Positions 36,388-44,829 of a stretch of DNA of 64,000 bases are shown here, piece after piece (position 1 is the stretch's first letter; each line of letters opens with the position of its first letter). Position numbers and translations under genes: made by a program. The stretch comes from an uncultured Opitutus sp. (GTDB lineage Bacteria; Verrucomicrobiota; Verrucomicrobiia; Opitutales; Opitutaceae). The notes under the pieces are model-generated. The model did not search any database, was not told the DNA's origin, and saw only the letters and a list, made by a program, of their open reading frames with translations. The stretch spans positions 156,412 through 220,411 of the forward strand of contig CAYZPV010000003.1 in assembly GCA_964480585.1 (NCBI GenBank), read 5' to 3'.

Positions 36388-39300
36388 ATGATGCGCCGGG
36401 TCGTCCTCACGGCACTGCTGGGGGTAGTGTGCGTCGCGGTGCTCCGCTGCGCCGAAATCAACCCCCGCCTCTCCGGCACACCGCTCCTGCGCGTGTGGCA
36501 GGCGGAGGACTACGGCGCATCGCCACTGAACACCCGCCTCCTGATCCATCCCGAGGGACTCATCTACGTCGCGAACGACGATGGGGTGCTGGAGTACGAC
36601 GGCGACCGCTGGCGGCTGCTCGAACTACCGGGAAAGGGCGCAGGCCGGGCGCTCGCGCTCGATAGCACAGGGCGGCTCTGGGTGTTTGGCCACGATGATG
36701 CGGCCTATTTCGAACGCACCGCGATCGGCGAACTGAAAGCGATCTCCGTGATCGAAAAGCTGCCGCCCGAAGCCCGTGCGACCGGGACGATCAACCGAGT
36801 CGCCGTGACTTCCGACGGCATCTACGCGCGCGGCCAGCGACGGCTGATGCTGTTCAAACCCGATGGCACGGTGCAGACCTGGCCAGGGGCATCCCTCTCG
36901 GGGCTGGTGTGGACCGTGGGAGATACTCTTTACGCCGACCTCGACCGCCTCGTGCGCGTGAGTCCCGCAGGGGTGGAGCCCGTGGCATTCGGACCGGAAA
37001 AGAACACCCTCGCGGACGGCATGCGCGTCTTTGCCACGCAACGCGGCGGAGAGCGGGGCGCGCTGCTGCTCACCCAACGCGGGCCGATGCTATGGGAAGG
37101 CCCGGGCACACCCATGCGACCCCTCTCCCCGGAAGCAGCCGCGGCATTTGGCGAAGATCAAGCCAGCGCGGGCGCCTTTTTGGCGGATGGAAGGCTGGCG
37201 CTGGGGACGGAGCGCTCAGGCCTGATGATTTTCACGCGCGAAGGCCACCTCTCCCAGCGACTGGACCGCACGCATGGCCTGCCGGGCAATCGAATCAATG
37301 ACCTCGCACTGGACGGCAGCGGCGGCCTCTGGGCGGCGATGCAGGAGGGCCTGGCGCGCATCGAGATCGATGGCCCCTTCGCGCTCCACGGAGGCCCCCA
37401 AGGCCTGGGCAGCCACGCCCGGCGATTCGCGAGCTGGCGAGGACAGCTCTATCTCTCCACGGCCGAAGGCGTCTCACGACGCGACGCAGCCTCCGGGCGG
37501 TTTCACGCCATCGCGGGCTTCCAAGTCGGGACGAATCGCCCCCTCGTCGTCGGCGAGCGGCTCGTGGCGGCCACACGGGGGCTGCGCGAGATCCTGGCCG
37601 ACGATTCCAGCCGCCCCTGGACGAGCGAGCTGATAGGGCCGATCACGGCGGCTGCGCGCGAGCCAGGTTGGATTTTCGCCGGCTCCTCCTCCGGCCTGTG
37701 GCTGATCAAACCCGCAAAGGGCGGCTGGGAAACGGCAGGCCGGGTGACAGCCGCCAGCGCGGGCATGGACGAACTTCTAGATCGCGGCGACGGCTGGCTG
37801 TGGGGAATCACCCGAGGCGGGGAGATTACACGGACGGACTTTCGCAACGGAGCGCGGCTGGACGCGCCGGTGATGGTTTTCGGACCTGCCGACGGGGTGC
37901 CCGAGGCCGGGCGCAACGACCACGTGCAGCTCGTGACCGTGGGCGAAGACGTGCTAGCCGTAGCCGCCAAGTGGATACGTCGCTTCGAGCCGGGCAGCGG
38001 CCGCTTCGTGCCCGAGCCGAGACTCTCCCTCGACGGCGCACCCGTGCGGGGCGCCCGGCTGGCCGGCCGCAGCGCGAAAGGAGGGGCCTGGCTGCGCCCG
38101 ATCGACCATCCCGCGCGACTGTTGCTCGTGGAGCAGGGAGACGATGGCGGATGGCGGATCACAAGCCGCTCGATCGCGCCTTTCCGGGCCGTGGCGTTCG
38201 ACAGTCTGTACGAGGAGACGGCGACAAACACCCTCTGGCTGGCGGGGCAAGGAGTGCTCGCCTCGCTCGACCTAGGCTGGCAGCCGGCCCGCCCACCCGC
38301 CCAGCCGCGCCTGACAATCCGCCGGGTCGAGAGCGAGACGGGCACTTTGCTCGCAGCCGGGCTGGCCGAAAACAACCGCCTCAATCTGCCGGCCGAGCAA
38401 AACGCCCTGCGGATATCCTTCGCTGCGGCTCATTTTTCCGGGGACTACCGAGGGCGACCCCAGACGCTGTATCGCACCCGGCTCGAAGGCCTCGATCGCG
38501 AGTGGAGCGCGTGGAGCAGCGAAACCCACCGCGACTTCACCAACCTACCCTATCGCCCCCTGCGCTTCCAAGCCCAGGCGCGCGTGCCCGGGCGCGCGGA
38601 CAGCACGGAAGCCAGCCTCGAGCTCACCGTGGACAAACCCTGGTGGCTCACCTCCTGGGCGGTGCTCGGCTACGCCGGCATCCTAGCCAGCGCCACCTAC
38701 GGCGTACTGCGACTGCGAACCCACCAACTTCAGGAGCGCAACGCCCGCCTCGAAGCCATCGTCGCCGCCCGCACCCGCCAACTGGAGCATCTCAATCAGG
38801 AACTGACGGACGCTGTGCGCATCGTCGCCCACGACCTGCGCGGCCCCGTGGCTGGAATCCGCTCGCTGGCCCGCCAACTCCGCGCCACGCCCCACCTGTG
38901 GACCTCGGCAGAAGGCCCCGAATTCATGGGCGAGATAGAGCGCACGAGCGAATCCACGGTGGAGATGATGGCCCGACTCCTGGATCTGCAACGGGCCAGC
39001 GACCGGGTGGCCGGGCTGGCCTTTGTGCCGGTGGAGATAAGCCCCTTGATCGCCGAAGTCTGCCGCCAACTCGAGCCGGCCGCCGCGGCCAAGCGCATCG
39101 CGCTCCAGGTCGACGCCAGGCCCGTGACCCACCTTTCCGACGCGGAGGCGCTGTCGAGCATCGTCAGCAATCTCGTCTCCAACGCGATCAAGTTTACTCC
39201 GGCCGATGGCCGCGGGCTCATCCGCATCACGCTGAAGCGCCAGGGCGATGAACTCATCCTGAGTATCGCCGACAATGGGCCCGGCGTGCGAGAGGAAGAC

Positions 39301-39504
39301 CGCGCGCGCATCTTCGAAAAATTCACACGGGGCACCGCAAAGCCGACTGCGGGAGAAGCAGCGACCGGGCTCGGCCTGCACATCGCCAACAAGCTCGTGG
39401 CCGCACTCCAAGGACGTATCGATATCGTCGATACGCCAGGTGGCGGAGCCACTTTTGTGGTGACGCTCCCACTCCTTTTCGACCCCGCCCCCGGGCGGGC
39501 GTAA
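36388..39504 (+). CDS. Sensor histidine kinase with periplasmic beta-propeller repeats and a Y_Y_Y domain
   Basis: Signal/TM, repeats such as GLPGNRINDLALDGSGGLW, YRTRLEGLDREWS...FTNLPY..LRFQAQAR (Y_Y_Y), TM PWWLT, H-box AHDLRGP, NLVSNAIKFT, DNGPG and GLGLHI. Confidence 0.9.
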   Translation: MMRRVVLTALLGVVCVAVLRCAEINPRLSGTPLLRVWQAEDYGASPLNTRLLIHPEGLIYVANDDGVLEYDGDRWRLLELPGKGAGRALALDSTGRLWVFGHDDAAYFERTAIGELKAISVIEKLPPEARATGTINRVAVTSDGIYARGQRRLMLFKPDGTVQTWPGASLSGLVWTVGDTLYADLDRLVRVSPAGVEPVAFGPEKNTLADGMRVFATQRGGERGALLLTQRGPMLWEGPGTPMRPLSPEAAAAFGEDQASAGAFLADGRLALGTERSGLMIFTREGHLSQRLDRTHGLPGNRINDLALDGSGGLWAAMQEGLARIEIDGPFALHGGPQGLGSHARRFASWRGQLYLSTAEGVSRRDAASGRFHAIAGFQVGTNRPLVVGERLVAATRGLREILADDSSRPWTSELIGPITAAAREPGWIFAGSSSGLWLIKPAKGGWETAGRVTAASAGMDELLDRGDGWLWGITRGGEITRTDFRNGARLDAPVMVFGPADGVPEAGRNDHVQLVTVGEDVLAVAAKWIRRFEPGSGRFVPEPRLSLDGAPVRGARLAGRSAKGGAWLRPIDHPARLLLVEQGDDGGWRITSRSIAPFRAVAFDSLYEETATNTLWLAGQGVLASLDLGWQPARPPAQPRLTIRRVESETGTLLAAGLAENNRLNLPAEQNALRISFAAAHFSGDYRGRPQTLYRTRLEGLDREWSAWSSETHRDFTNLPYRPLRFQAQARVPGRADSTEASLELTVDKPWWLTSWAVLGYAGILASATYGVLRLRTHQLQERNARLEAIVAARTRQLEHLNQELTDAVRIVAHDLRGPVAGIRSLARQLRATPHLWTSAEGPEFMGEIERTSESTVEMMARLLDLQRASDRVAGLAFVPVEISPLIAEVCRQLEPAAAAKRIALQVDARPVTHLSDAEALSSIVSNLVSNAIKFTPADGRGLIRITLKRQGDELILSIADNGPGVREEDRARIFEKFTRGTAKPTAGEAATGLGLHIANKLVAALQGRIDIVDTPGGGATFVVTLPLLFDPAPGRA

Positions 39505-39603
39505 GTGAGGCAAGCGGCGAGAGACCGGGCCGGCAGCGATCCCAGGTGCGAACCGGCCCCCTTCAGGGAGCCAGACCGAAAGGGCTGGGTACCATGACGT
39601 GCA

Positions 39604-39627
39604 GCCCGCCCCTCACGGGGCAGGTAC
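39604..39627. repeat. Second copy of the TCAC-loop REP-like hairpin, between convergent genes
   Basis: GCCCGCCCC-TCAC-GGGGCAGGTAC resembles CCCTGCCC-TCAC-GGGCAGGGCTAC at 9179-9202. Confidence 0.45.
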
Positions 39628-39649
39628 GCGGCAGTCGCGGGCGCCTGGC

Positions 39650-40939
39650 TCAGACAACGGTGCCCGGCGGCAAAACGGCATTTTTCGCGACGACGAGAAC
39701 GCCATCGCGGACAATCACAAGCCCGTTGGCGTAGGTACCATCGGCCTTGCCGGCGGCGATGAGCACGCAGCCATCGCCGATACGGGTATTTTTATCGATG
39801 ATCGCGCCCTTGATAAGGCAATTTTTCCCCACGCCGAGGTGGGGACGACCCTGCGCGACATTGGCCGCAAGCTGCTCCTCGGTCTCGTAGTAGTCGGAGC
39901 CCATCACGATGGTATCCTCAAGATCGCTGCCCTCGCCAATATAGGAGCGGATGCCGAGCACACAGTGATGGAGCTTGGAATCCGTGATGATGGAGCCGTC
40001 GCCGATGACGACGTGATCTATGGCGCACTTATTGAGCTTGGAAGCAGGGAGGTAGCGATCCTGGGTGTAGATGGGCGCTTGGGGCTCGAAGAAGTTGAAG
40101 GGAGGAAGGGGCTGCGCGAGCGCGAGATTGGCGTCGAAGAAGGCCTTCACCGTGCCGATATCCTCCCAGTACCCCTCGAAAATGTGGGCGTAGAGCTTCT
40201 TCTTGCCGAGGAGGCCGGGGATGACCTCCTTGCCGAAGTCGGTCATCGTATTATCGAGCGCGTCGGCCAGCACCTGGCGGTTGAAGACGTAGATGCCCAT
40301 CGAGGCCAAGCAGTGCTTCTCCTTGGACTCGGTCTGGAGGGTGGCCTGGAGCTGGGGACTGAGAGCGACGCTCTCGATGACGGCAGGATCCTTGGGCTTT
40401 TCGACGAAGCGCGCGATGGAGAGATCGTCGTTGACCGCGGCGAGGCCGAGGCCCTCGACACGGGAAACCGGAAACGGGATCGTGGCGATGGTGACATCCG
40501 CGCCCTTTTCGACGTGCTCGTCGATGATCTTGCGGAAATCCATGCGGTAGAGCTGGTCACCCGAGAGGATCAGTACGAGATCGTGCGGAAACGAACGGAA
40601 GTGTAGCAAGTTGCGGCGTACGGCATCGGCGGTGCCCTGATACCAATCGGAGCCGCGCTCGGTCTGCTCTGCAGCCAAGATATCGACAAAGCCACCACCG
40701 AAGGGGTCGAAGTGATACGTGCTCTGCACGTGGCGGTGCAGGGAGGCAGTCTGGAACTGCGTGAGCAGGAACATCCGGTTGATGTCGCTATTGAGGCAGT
40801 TGCTGATCGGGATATCCACGAGGCGGTATTTGCCCGCGAGGGGTACGGCGGGCTTGCAGCGCTCCAAGGTGAGCGGGTGGAGCCGGGTGCCGCGGCCACC
40901 GCCCATGATCACTGCCAATACGCGTTTCTGAGTCGTCAT
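39650..40939 (-). CDS. glgC: Glucose-1-phosphate adenylyltransferase (ADP-glucose pyrophosphorylase)
   Basis: IMGGGRGTRLHPLT, KPAVPLAGKYRLVDIPISNC, WYQGTADAV, LSGDQLY, FVEKP, ASMGIYVF and YWEDIGT. Confidence 0.95.
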   Translation of the reverse strand: MTTQKRVLAVIMGGGRGTRLHPLTLERCKPAVPLAGKYRLVDIPISNCLNSDINRMFLLTQFQTASLHRHVQSTYHFDPFGGGFVDILAAEQTERGSDWYQGTADAVRRNLLHFRSFPHDLVLILSGDQLYRMDFRKIIDEHVEKGADVTIATIPFPVSRVEGLGLAAVNDDLSIARFVEKPKDPAVIESVALSPQLQATLQTESKEKHCLASMGIYVFNRQVLADALDNTMTDFGKEVIPGLLGKKKLYAHIFEGYWEDIGTVKAFFDANLALAQPLPPFNFFEPQAPIYTQDRYLPASKLNKCAIDHVVIGDGSIITDSKLHHCVLGIRSYIGEGSDLEDTIVMGSDYYETEEQLAANVAQGRPHLGVGKNCLIKGAIIDKNTRIGDGCVLIAAGKADGTYANGLVIVRDGVLVVAKNAVLPPGTVV

Positions 40940-40959
40940 AAAAAGTGGGTTGGGGGTAA

Positions 40960-40981
40960 CTGGTAGGTCGTTTGCTATAAG
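40960..40981 (+). promoter_or_regulatory. Candidate pel operon promoter: sigma54 -24/-12 box overlapping an extended -10
   Basis: CTGGTAGGTCGTTTGCTA has GG (40962-63)-N10-GC (40974-75). The same bases read TG-c-TATAAG (40973-40981). Confidence 0.45.
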
Positions 40982-41035
40982 ACTTGAACGAATTTTGCCT
41001 CGTTAGCAGATTTCGCCAGCAAAATTCCGCACCCC

Positions 41036-41971
41036 ATGGCGAACATTCTTGTGACCGGGGCCGCCGGCTTCATCGGCAGCCACACCACCGACCAACTCCT
41101 TGCCGCAGGCCACCGGGTGGTGGGGGTGGATAATTTTCGGACGGGACGACGCGCCAATCTGGAGGGTGCGCAGCGCTCGAGCGCCTTCAGCTTCCGCGAA
41201 ATGGACGTGGCCGTGCCCGGCGCTCTCGAGGGGGTCGTAGCCGAGGTGGGGCCAGACGCGATCATCCATCTGGCGGCGCTGGTGAGTGTGCAGGACAGCA
41301 TGGAGAATCCGGACCTCAACTATGCGCTCAACATCCAGGCGACGCATCTGGTCGCGGAGGCAGCGCGTAAGGGAAAAGTGCCGCGCATCGTCTTCGCCTC
41401 TTCCGCAGCAATCTTCGGAGATACCACGGACCTGCCTATCCGAGAGAACACCGAGAAGCGCCCGATCAGCCCGTACGGGGCGGCCAAGCTGGCGAGCGAG
41501 GCTATCCTGCTGGGACATGCGGCGGCCTTTGGCTTTGTGGCGCGCTGCCAACGGTACTTCAATGTCTTTGGCCCGCGGCAAGATCCGGCATCGCCGTACT
41601 CGGGCGTGATCTCGATCTTCGATCGCCGCTATCGCGACGGCAAAGGCGTAACCATCTATGGAGATGGCCAACAGACGCGGGACTTCATCTCGGTCCACGA
41701 CGTCGCCCGCGCCAATGTGCTCGCGGCCACGCGCGCCGGGGTGACATCGGGCGCGGCCAACATCTGCACCGGCCGCGCAACCTCGCTGCTGGATATCGTG
41801 GAAATCTTCCGACGCCACTATCCGGCGGCGCCGGCTACGGTACACGCCGCGCCCCGGACGGGCGACATCATCCACTCCCGGGGCGAGCCAACGCTGGCAG
41901 CCGAGGCGCTGGGCTTTCGCGCGGAGGTGACAATCGCGGACGGCCTAGGTGAATTGATCCGTGCGGGATGA
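41036..41971 (+). CDS. pelX: UDP-HexNAc C4-epimerase (SDR), PelX-like
   Basis: VTGAAGFIGS, HLAA, ASSAAIFG, SPYGAAK (YxxxK) and YFNVFGPRQDPASPYSGVISIF. ATGA overlap with pelA. Symbol assigned from context. Confidence 0.75.
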   Translation: MANILVTGAAGFIGSHTTDQLLAAGHRVVGVDNFRTGRRANLEGAQRSSAFSFREMDVAVPGALEGVVAEVGPDAIIHLAALVSVQDSMENPDLNYALNIQATHLVAEAARKGKVPRIVFASSAAIFGDTTDLPIRENTEKRPISPYGAAKLASEAILLGHAAAFGFVARCQRYFNVFGPRQDPASPYSGVISIFDRRYRDGKGVTIYGDGQQTRDFISVHDVARANVLAATRAGVTSGAANICTGRATSLLDIVEIFRRHYPAAPATVHAAPRTGDIIHSRGEPTLAAEALGFRAEVTIADGLGELIRAG

Positions 41972-44829
41972 ATCGACGACTCATCCCGCTCTTAGCAGCC
42001 CTGTTATTCTGTCCCCTGGCGCTTGTCGCGCAGCTGGTCTCGCCGGCACCGGCACCGAGAGCCGAGCCACTGGCGTTTTACGTCAACTACTCCGCCAAAG
42101 TCCCCACGCCGCCACTGTTGGCGCATCCCCTTTCAATCGTCCACCCCGACGCAGAGCTGGATCTCGCCGCCGCGCAGCAGAGCGGGAACAAAGTGCTCGC
42201 CTACCTCAGCGTGGGCGAGGTCGCGCACGACGCGCCGTACCGCGCAGCCATAGTGAGCCGCGGGCTCTCGTTTGCCGGGCGCAATGAAATCTGGAAGTCG
42301 GACATCATCGATCTCAGCGATGCGCGATGGCCCGAATTTCTCGTCGACCAGCTGGCGGCGGGCGCGGCCAAGCGGGGCTTCGATGGATTTTTCCTCGATA
42401 CGCTGGACTCGGTGGAAACCATCGCCCCCGAGCGCAGAGCGGCAGCGGTGGCGGGGCTGGTAACCACGATCCAGCGGCTGCGCCGCACCTTTCCCGCCAA
42501 GCGCATCGTGATCAACCGCGGCTTCTTCGCGTTTGAAGCAGTGAAAGACGCGGTGGATGGCGTGATGGTCGAGTCGCTCTACGAGACACACGACTTTGCG
42601 ACGAAAAGTTACCGCTCCGTGCCGAAAGCTGAGACGGACGCCCTGCTCGCGGCGCTCGCGCCTATCTCTGCCAGTGGACGCTCCGTCTACATCCTAGACT
42701 ATGCCGACCCCAAGCAGCCGGAAGCCGCTGCGACGGCGGCAATGAAGATCCGGGCGCGGGGTTTCCATGCCTTCATCTCGACGCCGGCGCTGGATGGAGA
42801 CATCCTAGGCCCGCTGCGGCCAACGGCACGGCGCATCGCAGCCTTCTACGGAAACCTGACCTCAATCCAGGAGGAGCAGGTCCGCTGGCCAGCGGAGTCT
42901 TTTGTGGGCCAGCGGTTTCAATTGCCGCTGGAGTGGCTCGGCTACGAGGTGGACTACTTCCGCATACAGTCCGCGGCCGACCTGCCCCATCTCGACAGCG
43001 ATCACCGCGCAATCATGCTGCCGCGTTTCCTCGAAATCCCGGTGCATGTGGAGGGAGCATTTATCGACTGGCTGCTCGCGCAGCGAGAGGCGGGCAGGAA
43101 GATCGTGTTTTTCGGGCTGCCGTTTCGCGATCTCGAGCAACAAGCGAGGCTGCTCGCCGCGCTCGGAATCCGAGGCACGGCCAATACGGTGCAGCCGCCG
43201 ATGATCCTGGAGGTGAAAGCGAAGGCGGCGGGCTTTTTCGACTTCGAAGTGCAATCGCCACCGGTGCCGATCGGCCACCGGGACATCCAAGCGCCGCCCG
43301 ATGCGCGGCTGCTCATGGCGGTGGACGCGCGCAGGCCCAACGCACCCGTGGTACGCTTCGACTCGGTATTTACGTGTTCCTGGGGCGGCATGGCTTTCGA
43401 GCCGTACGTGACGTTTCGGCGCCCCGATTTCCGCGAATTCTGGAATCTCGACCCCTTCGCCTTCATCCAGGCGGCGATCGGCGATTTCGACAGCCCGGTG
43501 CCCGATGCGACCACGCGCACAGGCCGACGGATGCTGCTGACGCACATCGACGGGGACGGATTCTCGAATTTCTCCCGCGTGCAGGCGGGCCAGCGTTCGG
43601 CGGAGATCATTCGCGACCGGATACTCAAAAAGTATCCCTATCCCGTCACCGTCTCAATCATCGAAGCGGAGATAAGGGGGCTTATCCGCACCCAGCAGAT
43701 GTCGGAATCGCCAGCGCTGGAAGCGATCGCGCGGGATATCTTCAAGCTCCCCCACGTGGAGCTGGCGTCGCACTCATTTTCGCATCCCTTCTTCTGGATC
43801 GCAGGCGATCGCACCGAGTCGTTTTACGACGAGCAAAACCTGGATTTGAAGGTGCCTTACGACAAACTGGATCTGGCGCGAGAGATCGAGGGGTCGGTGC
43901 GCTATATTAACGAGAAGCTCGCGCCAGCAGACCGACGGGTGAAAGTCTTTCTGTGGACAGGCAACTGCCGCCCGCCGCCCGAGGCGCTCGCGATCGTCCG
44001 CAAGCTCGGCCTCGAGAACCTCAACGGCGGTGACACCATCATCAGCTCGCGCAACCGCACGATCACAGCAGTAGCGCCTCGCACCATGCCATGGGACGAC
44101 GAACTGCAGATCTACGCGCCCAACCAGAACGAGAACGTGTACACCAATAATTGGCGCGGCCCGCTTTTCGGCACGTTCGGGCACGTGATCGAGACCTTCC
44201 AGCTGACAGAGGCACCCCGGCGGCTGAAGCCCATCAACATCTACTATCATTTTTACAGCGGAGACTACCCCTCCTCCCTCAGCGCGCTGGAAAAAATCTA
44301 CGATTGGGTGGGCACCCAGCAGACCCACCCGGTGGAGGTCTCGCACTACGCGCGCATCGCCCGAGACACGCGGGGGACGGAGATCTTCGGGGCCGGGCAC
44401 GAGCGCTGGCTGGTCGTCAATCGCGGCGACTCCCGCACGGTGCGATTGCCAGCCCTTCGCGGAGCGCGAATCGACCTGGCGCGTTCGCGTGGCATCACCG
44501 GCTGGCGCATCGAACACGGCAAAGCCTACGTACATACCGACGGGTCGCCTATCGCCATCGTGGCGCTTGGCAGCGAGCCAAAGGAGCATCTGCGGCTGGA
44601 AAGCGCTTCGGGCGATCTGCAATTCGCGACGCACGGGCCGGCCTCGGCGCGATTCACGGTGGCGACGCCACGCGCCGTGCAGGCGGTCTTCGCGGGCCTG
44701 CCATCCGGAGCCACGGTACGCATCGGAATAGCAGGAAGTACGCGTAGTGAAACAGCGGATACTACGGGCCGCCTCACCCTCGACTTACCCGCGGGGGCGG
44801 ATGTGGATATACAACTCGTCGCGCCATGA
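41968..44829 (+). CDS. pelA: PelA-like bifunctional glycoside hydrolase / carbohydrate deacetylase
   Basis: Signal peptide; hydrolase half AYLSVGE, DGFFLDTLDS, INRGF and VMVESL; deacetylase half THIDGDGF, ASHSFSHPF, LWTGNC, NLNGG, NENVYTNNW and IYYHFYSG; 953 aa. Confidence 0.9.
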   Translation: MNRRLIPLLAALLFCPLALVAQLVSPAPAPRAEPLAFYVNYSAKVPTPPLLAHPLSIVHPDAELDLAAAQQSGNKVLAYLSVGEVAHDAPYRAAIVSRGLSFAGRNEIWKSDIIDLSDARWPEFLVDQLAAGAAKRGFDGFFLDTLDSVETIAPERRAAAVAGLVTTIQRLRRTFPAKRIVINRGFFAFEAVKDAVDGVMVESLYETHDFATKSYRSVPKAETDALLAALAPISASGRSVYILDYADPKQPEAAATAAMKIRARGFHAFISTPALDGDILGPLRPTARRIAAFYGNLTSIQEEQVRWPAESFVGQRFQLPLEWLGYEVDYFRIQSAADLPHLDSDHRAIMLPRFLEIPVHVEGAFIDWLLAQREAGRKIVFFGLPFRDLEQQARLLAALGIRGTANTVQPPMILEVKAKAAGFFDFEVQSPPVPIGHRDIQAPPDARLLMAVDARRPNAPVVRFDSVFTCSWGGMAFEPYVTFRRPDFREFWNLDPFAFIQAAIGDFDSPVPDATTRTGRRMLLTHIDGDGFSNFSRVQAGQRSAEIIRDRILKKYPYPVTVSIIEAEIRGLIRTQQMSESPALEAIARDIFKLPHVELASHSFSHPFFWIAGDRTESFYDEQNLDLKVPYDKLDLAREIEGSVRYINEKLAPADRRVKVFLWTGNCRPPPEALAIVRKLGLENLNGGDTIISSRNRTITAVAPRTMPWDDELQIYAPNQNENVYTNNWRGPLFGTFGHVIETFQLTEAPRRLKPINIYYHFYSGDYPSSLSALEKIYDWVGTQQTHPVEVSHYARIARDTRGTEIFGAGHERWLVVNRGDSRTVRLPALRGARIDLARSRGITGWRIEHGKAYVHTDGSPIAIVALGSEPKEHLRLESASGDLQFATHGPASARFTVATPRAVQAVFAGLPSGATVRIGIAGSTRSETADTTGRLTLDLPAGADVDIQLVAP

